A DNA stretch of 64,000 nucleotides. Source: Syntrophorhabdales bacterium. Its GTDB lineage: Bacteria > Desulfobacterota > Syntrophorhabdia > Syntrophorhabdales > WCHB1-27. Below the pieces are notes generated by a model, which had not been told where the DNA came from, ran no database searches, and saw only the letters and a program-made list of their open reading frames with translations. Positions 46,888 to 56,516 of the stretch are shown here, piece after piece. How positions within the stretch are numbered: position 1 is the stretch's first letter; each line of letters opens with the position of its first letter. The translations under genes and the position numbers were made by a program. The stretch covers positions 1,242 to 65,241 of the forward strand of contig JBEKOT010000001.1 of the NCBI GenBank assembly GCA_049521495.1. The letters run 5' to 3'.

Positions 46888-47202
46888 TCAACTATAGCGA
46901 TACATTTTTTGCCCGGCCCCGGCGGCGCGAAAGTAGTCGAGAAATCTTTTCCGCTTTCCGTATTCAAAAGAGACGTCGACATCTACGAGCCCTGACTTTA
47001 TTAGATGGGCGTTCACGAAGGTCCTGTTCTTGAGGTAAAGGTAGCAAAGCCGGGGGTCAGCGGAAGCCGCAATGCCGTCGGAAGCGAGAAAAACCCTCTG
47101 GCCCATAGTCAGTTTCTCGAGATACGCGACCGCCTCCCTGTCGGTCAGACCGTTCCCTTTAACGCCGATGAGTTTGACTACAGACCCGTCGCTCAGAATC
47201 AA
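46888..47202 (-). CDS. Truncated, probably catalytically degenerate staphylococcal-nuclease (SNase/OB-fold)-like protein
   Basis: DGSVVKLIGVKGNG...GQRVFLASD...RLCYLYLKNRTFVNAHLIKSGLV parallels SNase DGDTV..RL.GID.PE...GR.LAY....G..VN..LV..GLA, but the D-x-P-E site reads K-G-N-G. TTG start, weak RBS. Confidence 0.4.
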   Translation of the reverse strand: MILSDGSVVKLIGVKGNGLTDREAVAYLEKLTMGQRVFLASDGIAASADPRLCYLYLKNRTFVNAHLIKSGLVDVDVSFEYGKRKRFLDYFRAAGAGQKMYRYS

Positions 47203-47216
47203 CTCTGAGGGACTAA

Positions 47217-48194
47217 CTACCTTTTTGACCGTGTGCAGCTCGCGCCTGGAAGGCCTCTCGCGAGCAACCCTCGAGCCGAAGTCCTTCTTCCTGGGGTCCC
47301 CACTCGACGGACCACTGCGACGGGGTCCTTGAACAGGTAGGGCAGCCTCCGGACTAGCTCACGGGTTTGCGGTACGGCTGCCTGCTCGATGACCGTGAAG
47401 GCCCCCGCCCGGACCAGTCCGTTGATGCCGAGCTTTTCCTCCATGACCGGCAAGGCGCTACGGTTGATCTCATAGCCGATAGAATTCCTGTCGTTCCTCT
47501 CTGCCGCGAGGATCGTCGTGCCGCTTCCGAGAAAAGGATCGAGCACGGTCTCTCCTGCGAAGCTGAACATCCTGATCAGTCTGCGGGCCAGCTCCTCGGG
47601 AAAGACCGCCAGGTGCTTGATCTGTCTTTCTCCCTGCAGGCGCCAGTGGCCGGAAAAGTAGAGATTCCACTCATCCCGCGAGAGCCTCGACCGGAGCTTG
47701 GCCTCATGCGATACGGCAGGCGGCTCCCCCGCCTTCCTGAAGAGAAGGATCGTCTCGTAGTCGAGCTTCACGATCCCGTTTCTAGGGTAGGGGTAGGAAC
47801 CCATGATGGTGGCCCCGCCCGAGGTGTTGCAGGTCGTCACTTTTTGCCATATCACCGATCCCATGTAATCGAAGCCTACGGTCTCGCAAAACCTTGTTAT
47901 CTCGGTCCTGATAGGTATGATTTTGTACCGGCCGTAAAAGACGGACCGGGCGAACTGGTCGCCTATTACTATGCACAACCTGCACCCCTTGTGCAGCACG
48001 CGGTGCACCTCCATCCACACGCAGTTGAGGTTGTTGATGTAGTCTTCGTAGGAGTCGTCGAAGCCGATCTGCCCCGATACTCCGTAATCCTTTAGCTGCC
48101 AGTACGGGGGAGAAGTGACGATTAGATGGACCGACTCCGAAGGGACCTCGCCCATCTCCCTGGAGTCGCCGAGAACTATATTATGAACGGCCAC
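47217..48194 (-). CDS. Beta-class N4-cytosine/N6-adenine DNA methyltransferase
   Basis: LIVTSPPYWQ (motif IV) lies N-terminal to VLDPFLGSGTT (motif I). GTG 48194 has GGGAGG upstream. The ORF-track start at 48374 adds an implausible leader. Confidence 0.85.
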   Translation of the reverse strand: MAVHNIVLGDSREMGEVPSESVHLIVTSPPYWQLKDYGVSGQIGFDDSYEDYINNLNCVWMEVHRVLHKGCRLCIVIGDQFARSVFYGRYKIIPIRTEITRFCETVGFDYMGSVIWQKVTTCNTSGGATIMGSYPYPRNGIVKLDYETILLFRKAGEPPAVSHEAKLRSRLSRDEWNLYFSGHWRLQGERQIKHLAVFPEELARRLIRMFSFAGETVLDPFLGSGTTILAAERNDRNSIGYEINRSALPVMEEKLGINGLVRAGAFTVIEQAAVPQTRELVRRLPYLFKDPVAVVRRVGTPGRRTSARGLLARGLPGASCTRSKR

Positions 48195-48308
48195 GGGACC
48201 TCCCTGCCCGCATGGCGCAGGCAGCCTGACTTGCTTTTTCCCGCTATTATATGAAAAATAGCGAAGAAAGTAAAAACAAAGAGAGCCGCTGCGGACCCGG
48301 TTCACCTT

Positions 48309-48338
48309 TTGACAAGGTGTCCGCCCATGTGTTAGAAA
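48309..48338 (+). promoter_or_regulatory. Sigma70-like promoter TTGACA-17/18 nt-TTAGAA/TAGAAA ending ~7 nt before ATG 48345 (possible leaderless transcript)
   Basis: Hexamers read from the sequence. There is no SD sequence before the ATG. Confidence 0.35.
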
Positions 48339-48344
48339 TGTTCC

Positions 48345-48533
48345 ATGACTGTCGAATGGGAAGGGAAGACCCACGAGTTAGACAGGCGGCTTACCGTAGC
48401 CAGGCTCCTCGAGATCTTCTCACTCAGTAAAGAGGCTCACCTCGTCACGTCGAACGGGACGCTGGTCACCGAGGACCACATGCTCCAACGGAGCGATCGC
48501 GTGACGATCGTACGGGTGATATCGGGCGGATGA
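48345..48533 (+). CDS. ThiS/MoaD/TtuB-like ubiquitin-fold sulfur-carrier protein
   Basis: 62 aa ending ...RVTIVRVISGG (C-terminal Gly-Gly). ATGA overlap with the downstream PP-loop gene. Confidence 0.75.
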   Translation: MTVEWEGKTHELDRRLTVARLLEIFSLSKEAHLVTSNGTLVTEDHMLQRSDRVTIVRVISGG

Positions 48534-49465
48534 AGTGCAGGGTATGCGGAGCCCAGGCCAATATTCGTTTACCCCAATATAACACTGCCCTTTGCGCCGG
48601 CGATTTCATCGCCTTTTTCGAAAGACGGGTTTCAGACACTATTGAAAAGTATGGGCTCGCAGACAAGCGCGACAGGATGCTTGTGGCTGTATCGGGGGGA
48701 AAGGACAGCCTCTCCCTCTGGTACCTGCTCAACAGGCTCGGTTTTCCCGCGGACGGCGTCTACATCGATCTTGCCATCGGGGACTACTCGCGCGTCTCTT
48801 TCGAGAAGGCCGGGCAGATGGCGGATAGACTTCAAAAACGGCTTTATTCCTTCCCCTTTGCGGAAGCCTTCGACAAGGGGATAGACGAGCTCGCGAGGAT
48901 TATGAAAAGACCGCCCTGCTCGCTTTGCGGCTCAATCAAGAGATACGTAATGAACCGTGCCTGCGCAGAGTACGGGTATTCCGTACTTGCCACAGGCCAT
49001 AACCTGGACGACGAGGCATCCGCCCTTCTGGGAAACATTCTCCACTGGAAGGAGGAGTACCTGTGGAAAAAGGACGTGGTCCTTAAGGCCGAGGGAGACT
49101 TCCTGGCCAAAAAAGTGAAGCCGTTCTTTCTGTGCTCGGAGAAGGAAACGGCAGCTTACGCTCTGGTCAGCGGGATCGACTACGTGTACCAGGAATGTCC
49201 TTATTCGAAGGGCGCCAAGACACTCCTGTACAAGAGCCTCCTGAACCGGGTCGAGGACGCATCGCCCGCTACGAAGATCGCTTTTCTCAAAGGCTATCTA
49301 AAGCGGAGCAGGGAGGAGAGCGCAAAGCGGGGGGAGAAAAAAACCTCGTGCGCGACCTGCGGCTACCCCTCCTACAGCACCCGGTGCGGTTTCTGCCGGC
49401 TGATGGAGCGGTTTGCTGTCCGGCCCGCGGTTCGCCTCCATCTTTACGAGCCGTCTTTGCCATGA
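48530..49465 (+). CDS. ttuA: TtuA/Ncs6-family PP-loop tRNA 2-thiolation ATPase
   Basis: N-terminal CRVC...C zinc finger, VAVSGGKDSLSL (PP-loop), PCSLCGSIKR and C-terminal CATCG...CGFC. Confidence 0.8.
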   Translation: MKCRVCGAQANIRLPQYNTALCAGDFIAFFERRVSDTIEKYGLADKRDRMLVAVSGGKDSLSLWYLLNRLGFPADGVYIDLAIGDYSRVSFEKAGQMADRLQKRLYSFPFAEAFDKGIDELARIMKRPPCSLCGSIKRYVMNRACAEYGYSVLATGHNLDDEASALLGNILHWKEEYLWKKDVVLKAEGDFLAKKVKPFFLCSEKETAAYALVSGIDYVYQECPYSKGAKTLLYKSLLNRVEDASPATKIAFLKGYLKRSREESAKRGEKKTSCATCGYPSYSTRCGFCRLMERFAVRPAVRLHLYEPSLP

Positions 49466-50832
49466 GCCTCGATAGTTTTGTAGAACTCATCTTCAACGTG
49501 TACGAGGCCCATACGGTAGCCTTGTTCACCAAGGAAGGGGACCACCTCTCGTGTCTCTCCGCCGTCACCTTTGCAAAAAGCTTCGACAAAGAGCGACTTC
49601 TGCCCCTCGATGAAACGCTGGCAGGATGGGCTGTAAAGCACAGGGAGCCGCTCATCATCGGGAACTTCGACAAGGACGAGGAGACCCTCGGCTATTATCG
49701 CAAGAGAGAAGAGATCAAATCGTTCATGGCCTACCCGCTGGAGGCGCCCGGCGTCGTTGTTGTAGACAGCAAGGGGAAATGGGTCTTCACGGAGAAGGAT
49801 AAAAAGATCCTGGCCCATTTCGCGGCTGTACTGACAAAAGAGGTCGAAGGTGAGAAACGTCTCAGCCAGATGGAAGAAGAGCGCGAAGAAGTGGCGCTTT
49901 TGAGGAGGCAGCTCAATTTCTTGCGGCAACCGAGACCGGATGACGCCCTGATCAAGGACGTCGTGAGAGAGGCCCTTTCCGTTTCCGCCGGCGATCTGGC
50001 GCTGGTGTGCGTCGAGAGGAGAGACAGTCTTGCCATCATCTGTGCCGTCGGGACCGGGGCGAGCGAGCTTCTCGGGGCCGAGTGCCCGTTGAAGACGACG
50101 ATCGCCTCCACCGTTCTCGAAAGCGGGAGGGAGTTTCTGCTCCCCTATGATAGCGGGTATCTCAGGGAAAAACCGCTTCTCTTCCCGAATGACGGCATTA
50201 AGGCGCGTCAGTACTTCGGTTTTCCCCTTACGATGCACGAGAAGCCTTTCGGATTCGTCGGATTTGCTTCCCTGTCAGGCCGGCGGCTGCGAGAGGGTGC
50301 CATCACAGCCCTTGGCGACGCTGCCGTGCTCATGTCGCTGTTCTTGAGCCGTTCGCGGCTGGCCGGGGAAATGGAGACCCAGGCAAACAGCGATCCGGCG
50401 ACGGGTCTCCCGAGATTCGCCCTTTTTTTTAACGTTCTGGAACGGTTGGCGAAGGAAAAGCGGCGTTTTTCATTGGTCTCCATAGATTTTCCGGGTTTTC
50501 GCGCTTGCAACAGGACCTTCGGGACGGGTTACGGTGATGAGCTCTTGAAGAGGATGTGCCAGGGCATCGGGTGTTGCGTCGGAAAGAGCGCGGTGATAAC
50601 GAGAAGCGGCGGCGCCCATTTCTATGCTGCTGCGGCAGGCTCGGACGGACCGGAAGAAGGACAGAACATCCTCAACGTCCTCAGATTTACGATCCTGAAC
50701 GCTCTCTCGGACATGGCAGAGGGCGTTAAGAAGGACATCGAAGTGGGGACCGCCTATTTCCCGAGGGACAGCGCAGATTTATGGGAGCTATTAGATATTG
50801 CTGAGGAGAGAGCCAGAAAGAAAGGCACATGA
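49462..50832 (+). CDS. GAF-domain protein with C-terminal degenerate GGDEF domain (GGDEF replaced by GGAHF)
   Basis: ATGA overlap with the ttuA-like stop. DPATGLPRFALF...LVSIDFPGFRACNRTFGTGYGDELL...ITRSGGAHFYAA fits the GGDEF fold without the catalytic acidic residues or the RxxD I-site. The ORF-track start at 49132 is run-on. Confidence 0.75.
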   Translation: MSLDSFVELIFNVYEAHTVALFTKEGDHLSCLSAVTFAKSFDKERLLPLDETLAGWAVKHREPLIIGNFDKDEETLGYYRKREEIKSFMAYPLEAPGVVVVDSKGKWVFTEKDKKILAHFAAVLTKEVEGEKRLSQMEEEREEVALLRRQLNFLRQPRPDDALIKDVVREALSVSAGDLALVCVERRDSLAIICAVGTGASELLGAECPLKTTIASTVLESGREFLLPYDSGYLREKPLLFPNDGIKARQYFGFPLTMHEKPFGFVGFASLSGRRLREGAITALGDAAVLMSLFLSRSRLAGEMETQANSDPATGLPRFALFFNVLERLAKEKRRFSLVSIDFPGFRACNRTFGTGYGDELLKRMCQGIGCCVGKSAVITRSGGAHFYAAAAGSDGPEEGQNILNVLRFTILNALSDMAEGVKKDIEVGTAYFPRDSADLWELLDIAEERARKKGT

Positions 50833-50997
50833 CCGTGAGTTGCGAAGGGAGGACGACCCGCAAGCGGGTACCCCGGCGGCTTTGCCGACGGAGGGGCGCC
50901 GGGCACGCCCGTCAAAAAAGACTTGGGTCGCCCGGCAATTGCCGTTGCGGATGTAAAGGCCAGGGGTAGAAGATACATTCTGAAAGGGGGTTTCCGG

Positions 50998-52035
50998 ATG
51001 AATTTGTTTAGAAGACTCGGTGCATTTTTTTCGGGATTGACGACTCACTTCGCCATGGACCTCGGCACTGCGAACACTCTCATCTACATGAAGGGCTCGG
51101 GTATAGTGCTGGATGAGCCATCCGTTGTCGCGATCGAGCGGAATACCGGGAAGATCATTGCCGTCGGCAGGGAAGCCAAGGAGTTTATCGGAAAGACGCC
51201 CCAGCAGATGGCGGCCATACGTCCCATGAAGGACGGGGTCATCGCCGATTTCGACGTGACGAAGGCGATGATCAAGTACTTCCTTACGGTCGTGAGGGAG
51301 ACAAACCGCGTGTCAAGACCGAAAATGGTCGTTTGCGTGCCTTCGGGCATTACCCAGGTGGAAAAGAAGGCGGTCTTCGACGCCTGCCTGCAAGTCGGCA
51401 TCCGCAACGTCCATCTGATCGAGGAGCCCATGGCAGCGGCGATAGGGGCGGATCTGCCCATAGAATTGCCCAGGGGCAACATGGTCATCGACATAGGGGG
51501 CGGGACGACGGAGGTGGCGATCATAAGCCTATCGGCTAACGCGTACAGCGAGTCCCTCAGGGTGGCCGGTGACGAGCTCGATGACGCGATAGTCCGCTAC
51601 TTGCAAAAAAAATACCAGGTGGCAATAGGGCTCAACGCGGCTGAAAGGATCAAGATGCAAATAGGCTCGGCCCACGCGTCGGTCGACGCCGGCTCCGTCT
51701 CGATCATAGGGAAGGACATGTTGAACGGCATACCGAAAAACCTGACCATCAGTAGCGCCGATGTAAGAGAGGCCATAGAGGAGCCGGTGGCTGCGATCGT
51801 AGACGCCGTGAGCAGGGCCCTCGAGAAACTGCCGCCCGAACTGATCTCCGATTTGCAGGAGTCAGGCGTAACCCTTACCGGTGGGGGGGCGCTTCTCAAG
51901 GGGCTCGACAGGAGGATCGCGGAGAAGACCAGTCTGAAAGTCAACGTGACGGAGAACCCGCTTACCTGCGTGGTTATGGGGAGCGGAAAGGCCCTCGAGC
52001 AAATGGACCGGTACGGCAGGGTCTTTATCAGCTAA
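50998..52035 (+). CDS. mreB: Rod-shape-determining actin homolog MreB
   Basis: FAMDLGTANTLIYMKGSGIVLDEPSVVAI, DIGGGTTEVAIISL and LTGGGALLKGLD. Confidence 0.95.
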   Translation: MNLFRRLGAFFSGLTTHFAMDLGTANTLIYMKGSGIVLDEPSVVAIERNTGKIIAVGREAKEFIGKTPQQMAAIRPMKDGVIADFDVTKAMIKYFLTVVRETNRVSRPKMVVCVPSGITQVEKKAVFDACLQVGIRNVHLIEEPMAAAIGADLPIELPRGNMVIDIGGGTTEVAIISLSANAYSESLRVAGDELDDAIVRYLQKKYQVAIGLNAAERIKMQIGSAHASVDAGSVSIIGKDMLNGIPKNLTISSADVREAIEEPVAAIVDAVSRALEKLPPELISDLQESGVTLTGGGALLKGLDRRIAEKTSLKVNVTENPLTCVVMGSGKALEQMDRYGRVFIS

Positions 52036-52050
52036 GACTGTCCCTACCTG

Positions 52051-53820
52051 CTACGGAAGGCTTGCCTTAAGCTCCGCAAGCCGCCTTCTGAGCGCCGCCG
52101 GCAACCTTTCGCCGAACTGGTCATAGAAGGCCTCGATCTCGGCGACCTCCTGCCCCCACTCGGTACTGTCGACCTCGAAGAGCTTTTCCATCGTTTCTTG
52201 ACTAATATCGAGTCCCTTAAGGTCGAGGTCGCTAAGGTTCGGCATGAGACCCACAGGGGTTTTCCTCGCGGGAGCCCTGCCCTTTATCCTGTCGACCATC
52301 CACTTGATGACCCGCGAGTTATCCCTGAAGCCGGGCCACATGAAGTTTCCCCGGCTGTCTTTCTTGAACCAGTTGACGAAGAACATCTTCGGAGGTTCCG
52401 CCAGGCTCGCGCCTATCCTCAGGTAGTGGGCAAAATAGTCTGCCATATTGTAGCCGCAGAAAGGAAGCATCGCCATGGGGTCCCTTCTTACGACCCCCGC
52501 CTTGCCTGCGGCGGCGGCCGTCGTCTCCGATCCGTTGGCGGAGGCCCTGAACACACCGTGCTCCCAGTCAAAAGCCTCGGCCACGAGGGGTATGGTGGTC
52601 GAGCGCCTGCCGCCGAATATGATGCCCGATATGGGTACGCCTTTAGGATTATCGACCTCGGGCGAGAGGGTGGGGCAATTATAGATAGAAACGGTGAAGC
52701 GTGAATTGGGATGGGCTGCGGGAAGGCCGGCTGTCTTGTCGTATGGCTTGCCCTGCCAGTCGAGGAGCCGATCGGGTGCATCCTCCGTCAGGCCCTCCCA
52801 CCACGGTGTATTCGTATCCGTTTCGAGGGCCGTGTTCGTGAAGAGGGTTGGGTAGAATCTGTCCTCCTTGAGGGTCTTCATCATGTTCGGGTTCGTCTTG
52901 TCGGAGGTGCCGGGCGCCACGCCAAAGAAACCGGCCTCCGGGTTTATGGCGTAAAGCTTTCCGTCAGGCCCCTTGTTTATCCAGGCGATGTCGTCGCCGA
53001 GTGTCCATACGTTGTATCCGTCGAAAACGGGATCGAGCATGGCGAGGTTCGTCTTACCGCAAGCCGACGGAAAGGCGCCGAGGAGGTAAGTGATGTCTCC
53101 ATCCGGATCCTGGACGCCCATGATAATCATGTGCTCCGCGAGCCAGCCCTGGTTGAAGCCTAAGTAAGAGGCAATTCTGAGAGAGATGCACTTCTTTCCT
53201 AGGAGCGCATTTCCCCCGTAACCGGAACCGATGCTCATGATCAGGTCGTCCTGAGGAAAATGCATAATGAAGCGCTTCTGGGGATCGAGCTCGCCGAGCG
53301 AATGAAGGCCCTTCACAAACCTGCCCTTGGATTCGATGATATCGAGCACATTTCTACCGACTCTCGTCATGATATGCATGCTGACGGCCACGTAGACCGA
53401 GTCGGTGATCTGCACGCACGCCCTCGCATAGGGGGATTCAGGGTGGCCCATCATGTAAGGTATCACATAGAGAGTCCTGCCCCGCATGCACCCGTCGAAG
53501 AGGGGGTGAACCATGTTGCGCGCGTCCGCCGGTTCCATCCAGTTGTTGTTAGGCCCTGCATCCTCTTTCTTCGGCAGGCAAACGTATGTGAGATGTTCCG
53601 TTCTGGCAACGTCAGTGGGGTGGCTTCTGTGCAGGTAAGAGCCCGGGAAGACGGATCCGTCGAGGGGCTGGAAGGTCGGGTGGCCCGCTATCTTCTCTTC
53701 CCTCACGCCAATATCGATGAGTCTCCTCATCTCTTCTTCCGTCCCTTCCATCCAGTAAACCCTGTCGGGCTTCGTCAGTTTTGCTTGTTCCTCCACCCAT
53801 TTTTCGACGACGCCGTGCAT
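52051..53820 (-). CDS. pckG: Phosphoenolpyruvate carboxykinase (GTP)
   Basis: SIGSGYGGNALLGKKC, GAFPSACGKTNLAML (P-loop) and FFVNWFKKD. Confidence 0.95.
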   Translation of the reverse strand: MHGVVEKWVEEQAKLTKPDRVYWMEGTEEEMRRLIDIGVREEKIAGHPTFQPLDGSVFPGSYLHRSHPTDVARTEHLTYVCLPKKEDAGPNNNWMEPADARNMVHPLFDGCMRGRTLYVIPYMMGHPESPYARACVQITDSVYVAVSMHIMTRVGRNVLDIIESKGRFVKGLHSLGELDPQKRFIMHFPQDDLIMSIGSGYGGNALLGKKCISLRIASYLGFNQGWLAEHMIIMGVQDPDGDITYLLGAFPSACGKTNLAMLDPVFDGYNVWTLGDDIAWINKGPDGKLYAINPEAGFFGVAPGTSDKTNPNMMKTLKEDRFYPTLFTNTALETDTNTPWWEGLTEDAPDRLLDWQGKPYDKTAGLPAAHPNSRFTVSIYNCPTLSPEVDNPKGVPISGIIFGGRRSTTIPLVAEAFDWEHGVFRASANGSETTAAAAGKAGVVRRDPMAMLPFCGYNMADYFAHYLRIGASLAEPPKMFFVNWFKKDSRGNFMWPGFRDNSRVIKWMVDRIKGRAPARKTPVGLMPNLSDLDLKGLDISQETMEKLFEVDSTEWGQEVAEIEAFYDQFGERLPAALRRRLAELKASLP

Positions 53821-53895
53821 GCGGCCTCCTTTGCGCGATTTTCGCGATGTCTATCTTTCAGGGATCCCCCGAAATAACAAGGGTCCCCGCAGCTC

Positions 53896-54594
53896 CTATA
53901 TCCTGGGCTCCTGGCCTTGTCTTATCTTTCTCTTGATGAGGTTCTTGCCTCTCGTCATATGCTTCATCACGAGCTTTTCGACCTGCCTTGCATTTTTCGC
54001 CTTTACCGACGCAAGCATATCCTTGTGGTCCTGGACGGCAGCCGGTGCCTTTCTGCCGTAGCGCAGCAGTATTACCCGGTACCGGTACATGTAATCTCTC
54101 AGGTCGTTGAGCAAGGCGTATAACCGGTTGTTCTTAGCGGCCTCGTAGAGCTTGTCGTGAAATTCACCGTCAAGCCTGATGAATTCGTCGACGTCCGTGC
54201 TCTTCAGGCACGCTTCCTGGGCCGTGATGATATCTTCGAGGGCTTTCAGCTCGTCGCTCTCGATCCTTTGCGTTGCCAGGTAGCCGGCGTACCCTTCCAG
54301 GACAGCCCTCAAGCCGAATACCTCTTCGACTTCCTCCTCGGTAACTCCTTTTACAGCGAACCCTCCCCTGGGGAGTCTCTGTATAAGCCCTTCCTTTTCA
54401 AGCTTCTGTATCGCTTCCCGGACCGGGGTCCGGCTCGTCTTCATATCTTCAGCCAGCCTTTCCTCGATGAGCCTTTTTCCCGGCTCGAATTCTCCGCCGA
54501 TAATGGCATTCTTAATCCCGCCGTAAACCTGCTCTCTCAAAAGCTTTTTCTTTTTTCTCTTGCGGTCTTCCCCGCTACCCCGAATCTTCATCAC
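53896..54594 (-). CDS. GntR-family transcriptional regulator (FadR/FCD type)
   Basis: GKRLIEERLAEDMKTSRTPVREAIQKLEKEGLI wHTH and a helical C-terminal FCD-like domain. Confidence 0.85.
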   Translation of the reverse strand: MMKIRGSGEDRKRKKKKLLREQVYGGIKNAIIGGEFEPGKRLIEERLAEDMKTSRTPVREAIQKLEKEGLIQRLPRGGFAVKGVTEEEVEEVFGLRAVLEGYAGYLATQRIESDELKALEDIITAQEACLKSTDVDEFIRLDGEFHDKLYEAAKNNRLYALLNDLRDYMYRYRVILLRYGRKAPAAVQDHKDMLASVKAKNARQVEKLVMKHMTRGKNLIKRKIRQGQEPRI

Positions 54595-54710
54595 TATCCT
54601 CCTTCGTATCTTCCGGATAACCCTCTATATCAAAGGCCTCATAGTTTAGCACAAAAGATCACATCATTGTATGCAGTTTTTTACGTAATAATATACACTC
54701 CCGATGGGCG

Positions 54711-56351
54711 CTAATTTCCGGGGGCCTTGGGCCAGGCTAAAGCGGTCCTGGCCCACCCGGAGATTTTTGCGAGCAGCCTTCTCGTCTCCGGCACGCGCAA
54801 AAGAGTTGTCATGGCGAAGTATACGATGCCGTACAGTCCAAGACATCCTGCAGCGAGAGTGATCGGACTGTGCGAATGCATCGTCAGCTTTAGCCCCCAG
54901 CCGGCTGCTGCTGCGGCTGCCGCGGCGGTCCATAGCTTGGCCGCGAAGGAGATGGAGAGGCCCGTCCTGCCGATGCGGGTTTCGAGCGTATTTCGTAGCA
55001 GCGCCAACTCCAGCCATCCGGCTATTCCACCCGACGCGGTAAGTCCCACTACGCCCCATCGCGGGCTAAGGCCCAGGAACTGCGGCAGGTGCAGGGCCGA
55101 TACGTATCCCAGCCCGGCAGAGAGGAGGACCCGCAACATGGCAAAACGAAGGGGAGTGCGTGTATCTCGTAGCGCATAATAGGCGGACGCATAGAGCCTG
55201 CCCGACGTGGTGGCCAACAGGCCCACAGCGTATCCGCCCAGGATAGCCCACACATAGACGGAGTCTTGCCGCCCGAACCTGCCCGTCTGGTAAATTGCCC
55301 CGGCAATGATATCCCCCAGGGCGAGAAAGCCCATAGCGGAAGGAACGACAAAAAAGGCTATCTGACGAAGGGCTGAGTTAAGACGGTCCCTCAAGTAGGC
55401 GCCCACCTCATTGGACTCCCCCAGGGCACTCGAAAAGGCGGGCAGCTCTGCGGCAGACACGGACATACCGAAAAGGCTCACCGGCAATATATACAAGGTC
55501 TGGGCATAGACAAGCGAGGCCAGAGCGCCTGTTGGGAGGAAACTTGCAAAGAGCGTATCGACGTAGGCGCTGATCTGCACCACGCCGCGGCTGAGGAGCA
55601 TCGGCATGAAGTTGCGGACCACCGCTCGGACGTTTTTGTTCGCAAGGCCGAGCAATACCCGGAATCGACGGATGAGACGGAAAACCAGCGGAAACTGCAC
55701 ACCCATCTGGAGAGCGCTGCCGGCAACAGACCCCCATGCCAGGGCCTTTGTGAGTGAGACCGGCTCCAGGCGGCCCCCGAATGCGACCAGCGAGACGATC
55801 ATCATCAGGTTCCAGGCTACAGGAGCGGAGTAGGAAAGGAAGAATCGCCGATGACTGTTGAGAACCCCAAGGCACCAGGCCGAAATCGCCAGCAGCCCTG
55901 CGCCGGGGAAGAGAATGCGCACGAGACTGACCGTGGCCTGGAGCTTGGCGCCCCTGAACCCAGGTGCAATTAAGTCCGTCAAGACCGGCGCGGCCAGTAC
56001 ACCGATGAGAACCAGGCACGACATGGTGAGGGCAAGGAGACAGAAGACCGCACAGGCGACGTCGTCAGCCTCGTCTTCCGCTTTACGGGCAAGGAGATTG
56101 GCATAGGCAGGGATAAAGGAAGCGGACAACGCCCCTTCGCCGAAGAGATTCTGGAGGAGATTTGGGATCCGGAAGGCCGCCCGGAAAACGTCGGCCGCGT
56201 CGGAGCTTCCGAAGTAGTATGCAAAAACGCGATCCCTCAACAAACCGGCGATGCGGCTGAGCAAGATGCCCGATGCCACCAGCGCTGCGTGGTGATTTGC
56301 CTCCTTCCGCTCGCCCTTCGAAGGCCGGGCCTTGCTGCCGAGGACCGTCAC
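54711..56351 (-). CDS. murJ: Lipid II flippase MurJ (MviN)
   Basis: LLSRIAGLLRDRVFAYYFGSSDAADVFRAAFRIPNLLQNLFGEGALSASFIP. About 14 TM. Confidence 0.9.
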   Translation of the reverse strand: MTVLGSKARPSKGERKEANHHAALVASGILLSRIAGLLRDRVFAYYFGSSDAADVFRAAFRIPNLLQNLFGEGALSASFIPAYANLLARKAEDEADDVACAVFCLLALTMSCLVLIGVLAAPVLTDLIAPGFRGAKLQATVSLVRILFPGAGLLAISAWCLGVLNSHRRFFLSYSAPVAWNLMMIVSLVAFGGRLEPVSLTKALAWGSVAGSALQMGVQFPLVFRLIRRFRVLLGLANKNVRAVVRNFMPMLLSRGVVQISAYVDTLFASFLPTGALASLVYAQTLYILPVSLFGMSVSAAELPAFSSALGESNEVGAYLRDRLNSALRQIAFFVVPSAMGFLALGDIIAGAIYQTGRFGRQDSVYVWAILGGYAVGLLATTSGRLYASAYYALRDTRTPLRFAMLRVLLSAGLGYVSALHLPQFLGLSPRWGVVGLTASGGIAGWLELALLRNTLETRIGRTGLSISFAAKLWTAAAAAAAAGWGLKLTMHSHSPITLAAGCLGLYGIVYFAMTTLLRVPETRRLLAKISGWARTALAWPKAPGN

Positions 56352-56516
56352 CGGCCGCTCACCTTTCCCCGGCAGATTGTATCTTCACCGGGCAGTACCG
56401 ATCCACCATCGTCGGAGTCTACACCTTTTGCTCGCGGCCTGTCAATTTGTGCACTTCCTCACTCTTCGAGCTATAATAAAGATGACGTTCAATCTAAGAG
56501 TCGAGGAGGAGTCTAT

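Noticed and set aside
46888-47202. SNase-like ORF as the restriction endonuclease partner of the methyltransferase
   Set aside because: It is too short (104 aa), the nuclease Ca-binding/catalytic D-x-P-E segment is replaced by K-G-N-G, and it has a TTG start with a weak RBS. It is treated as a degenerate OB-fold protein of unknown role.
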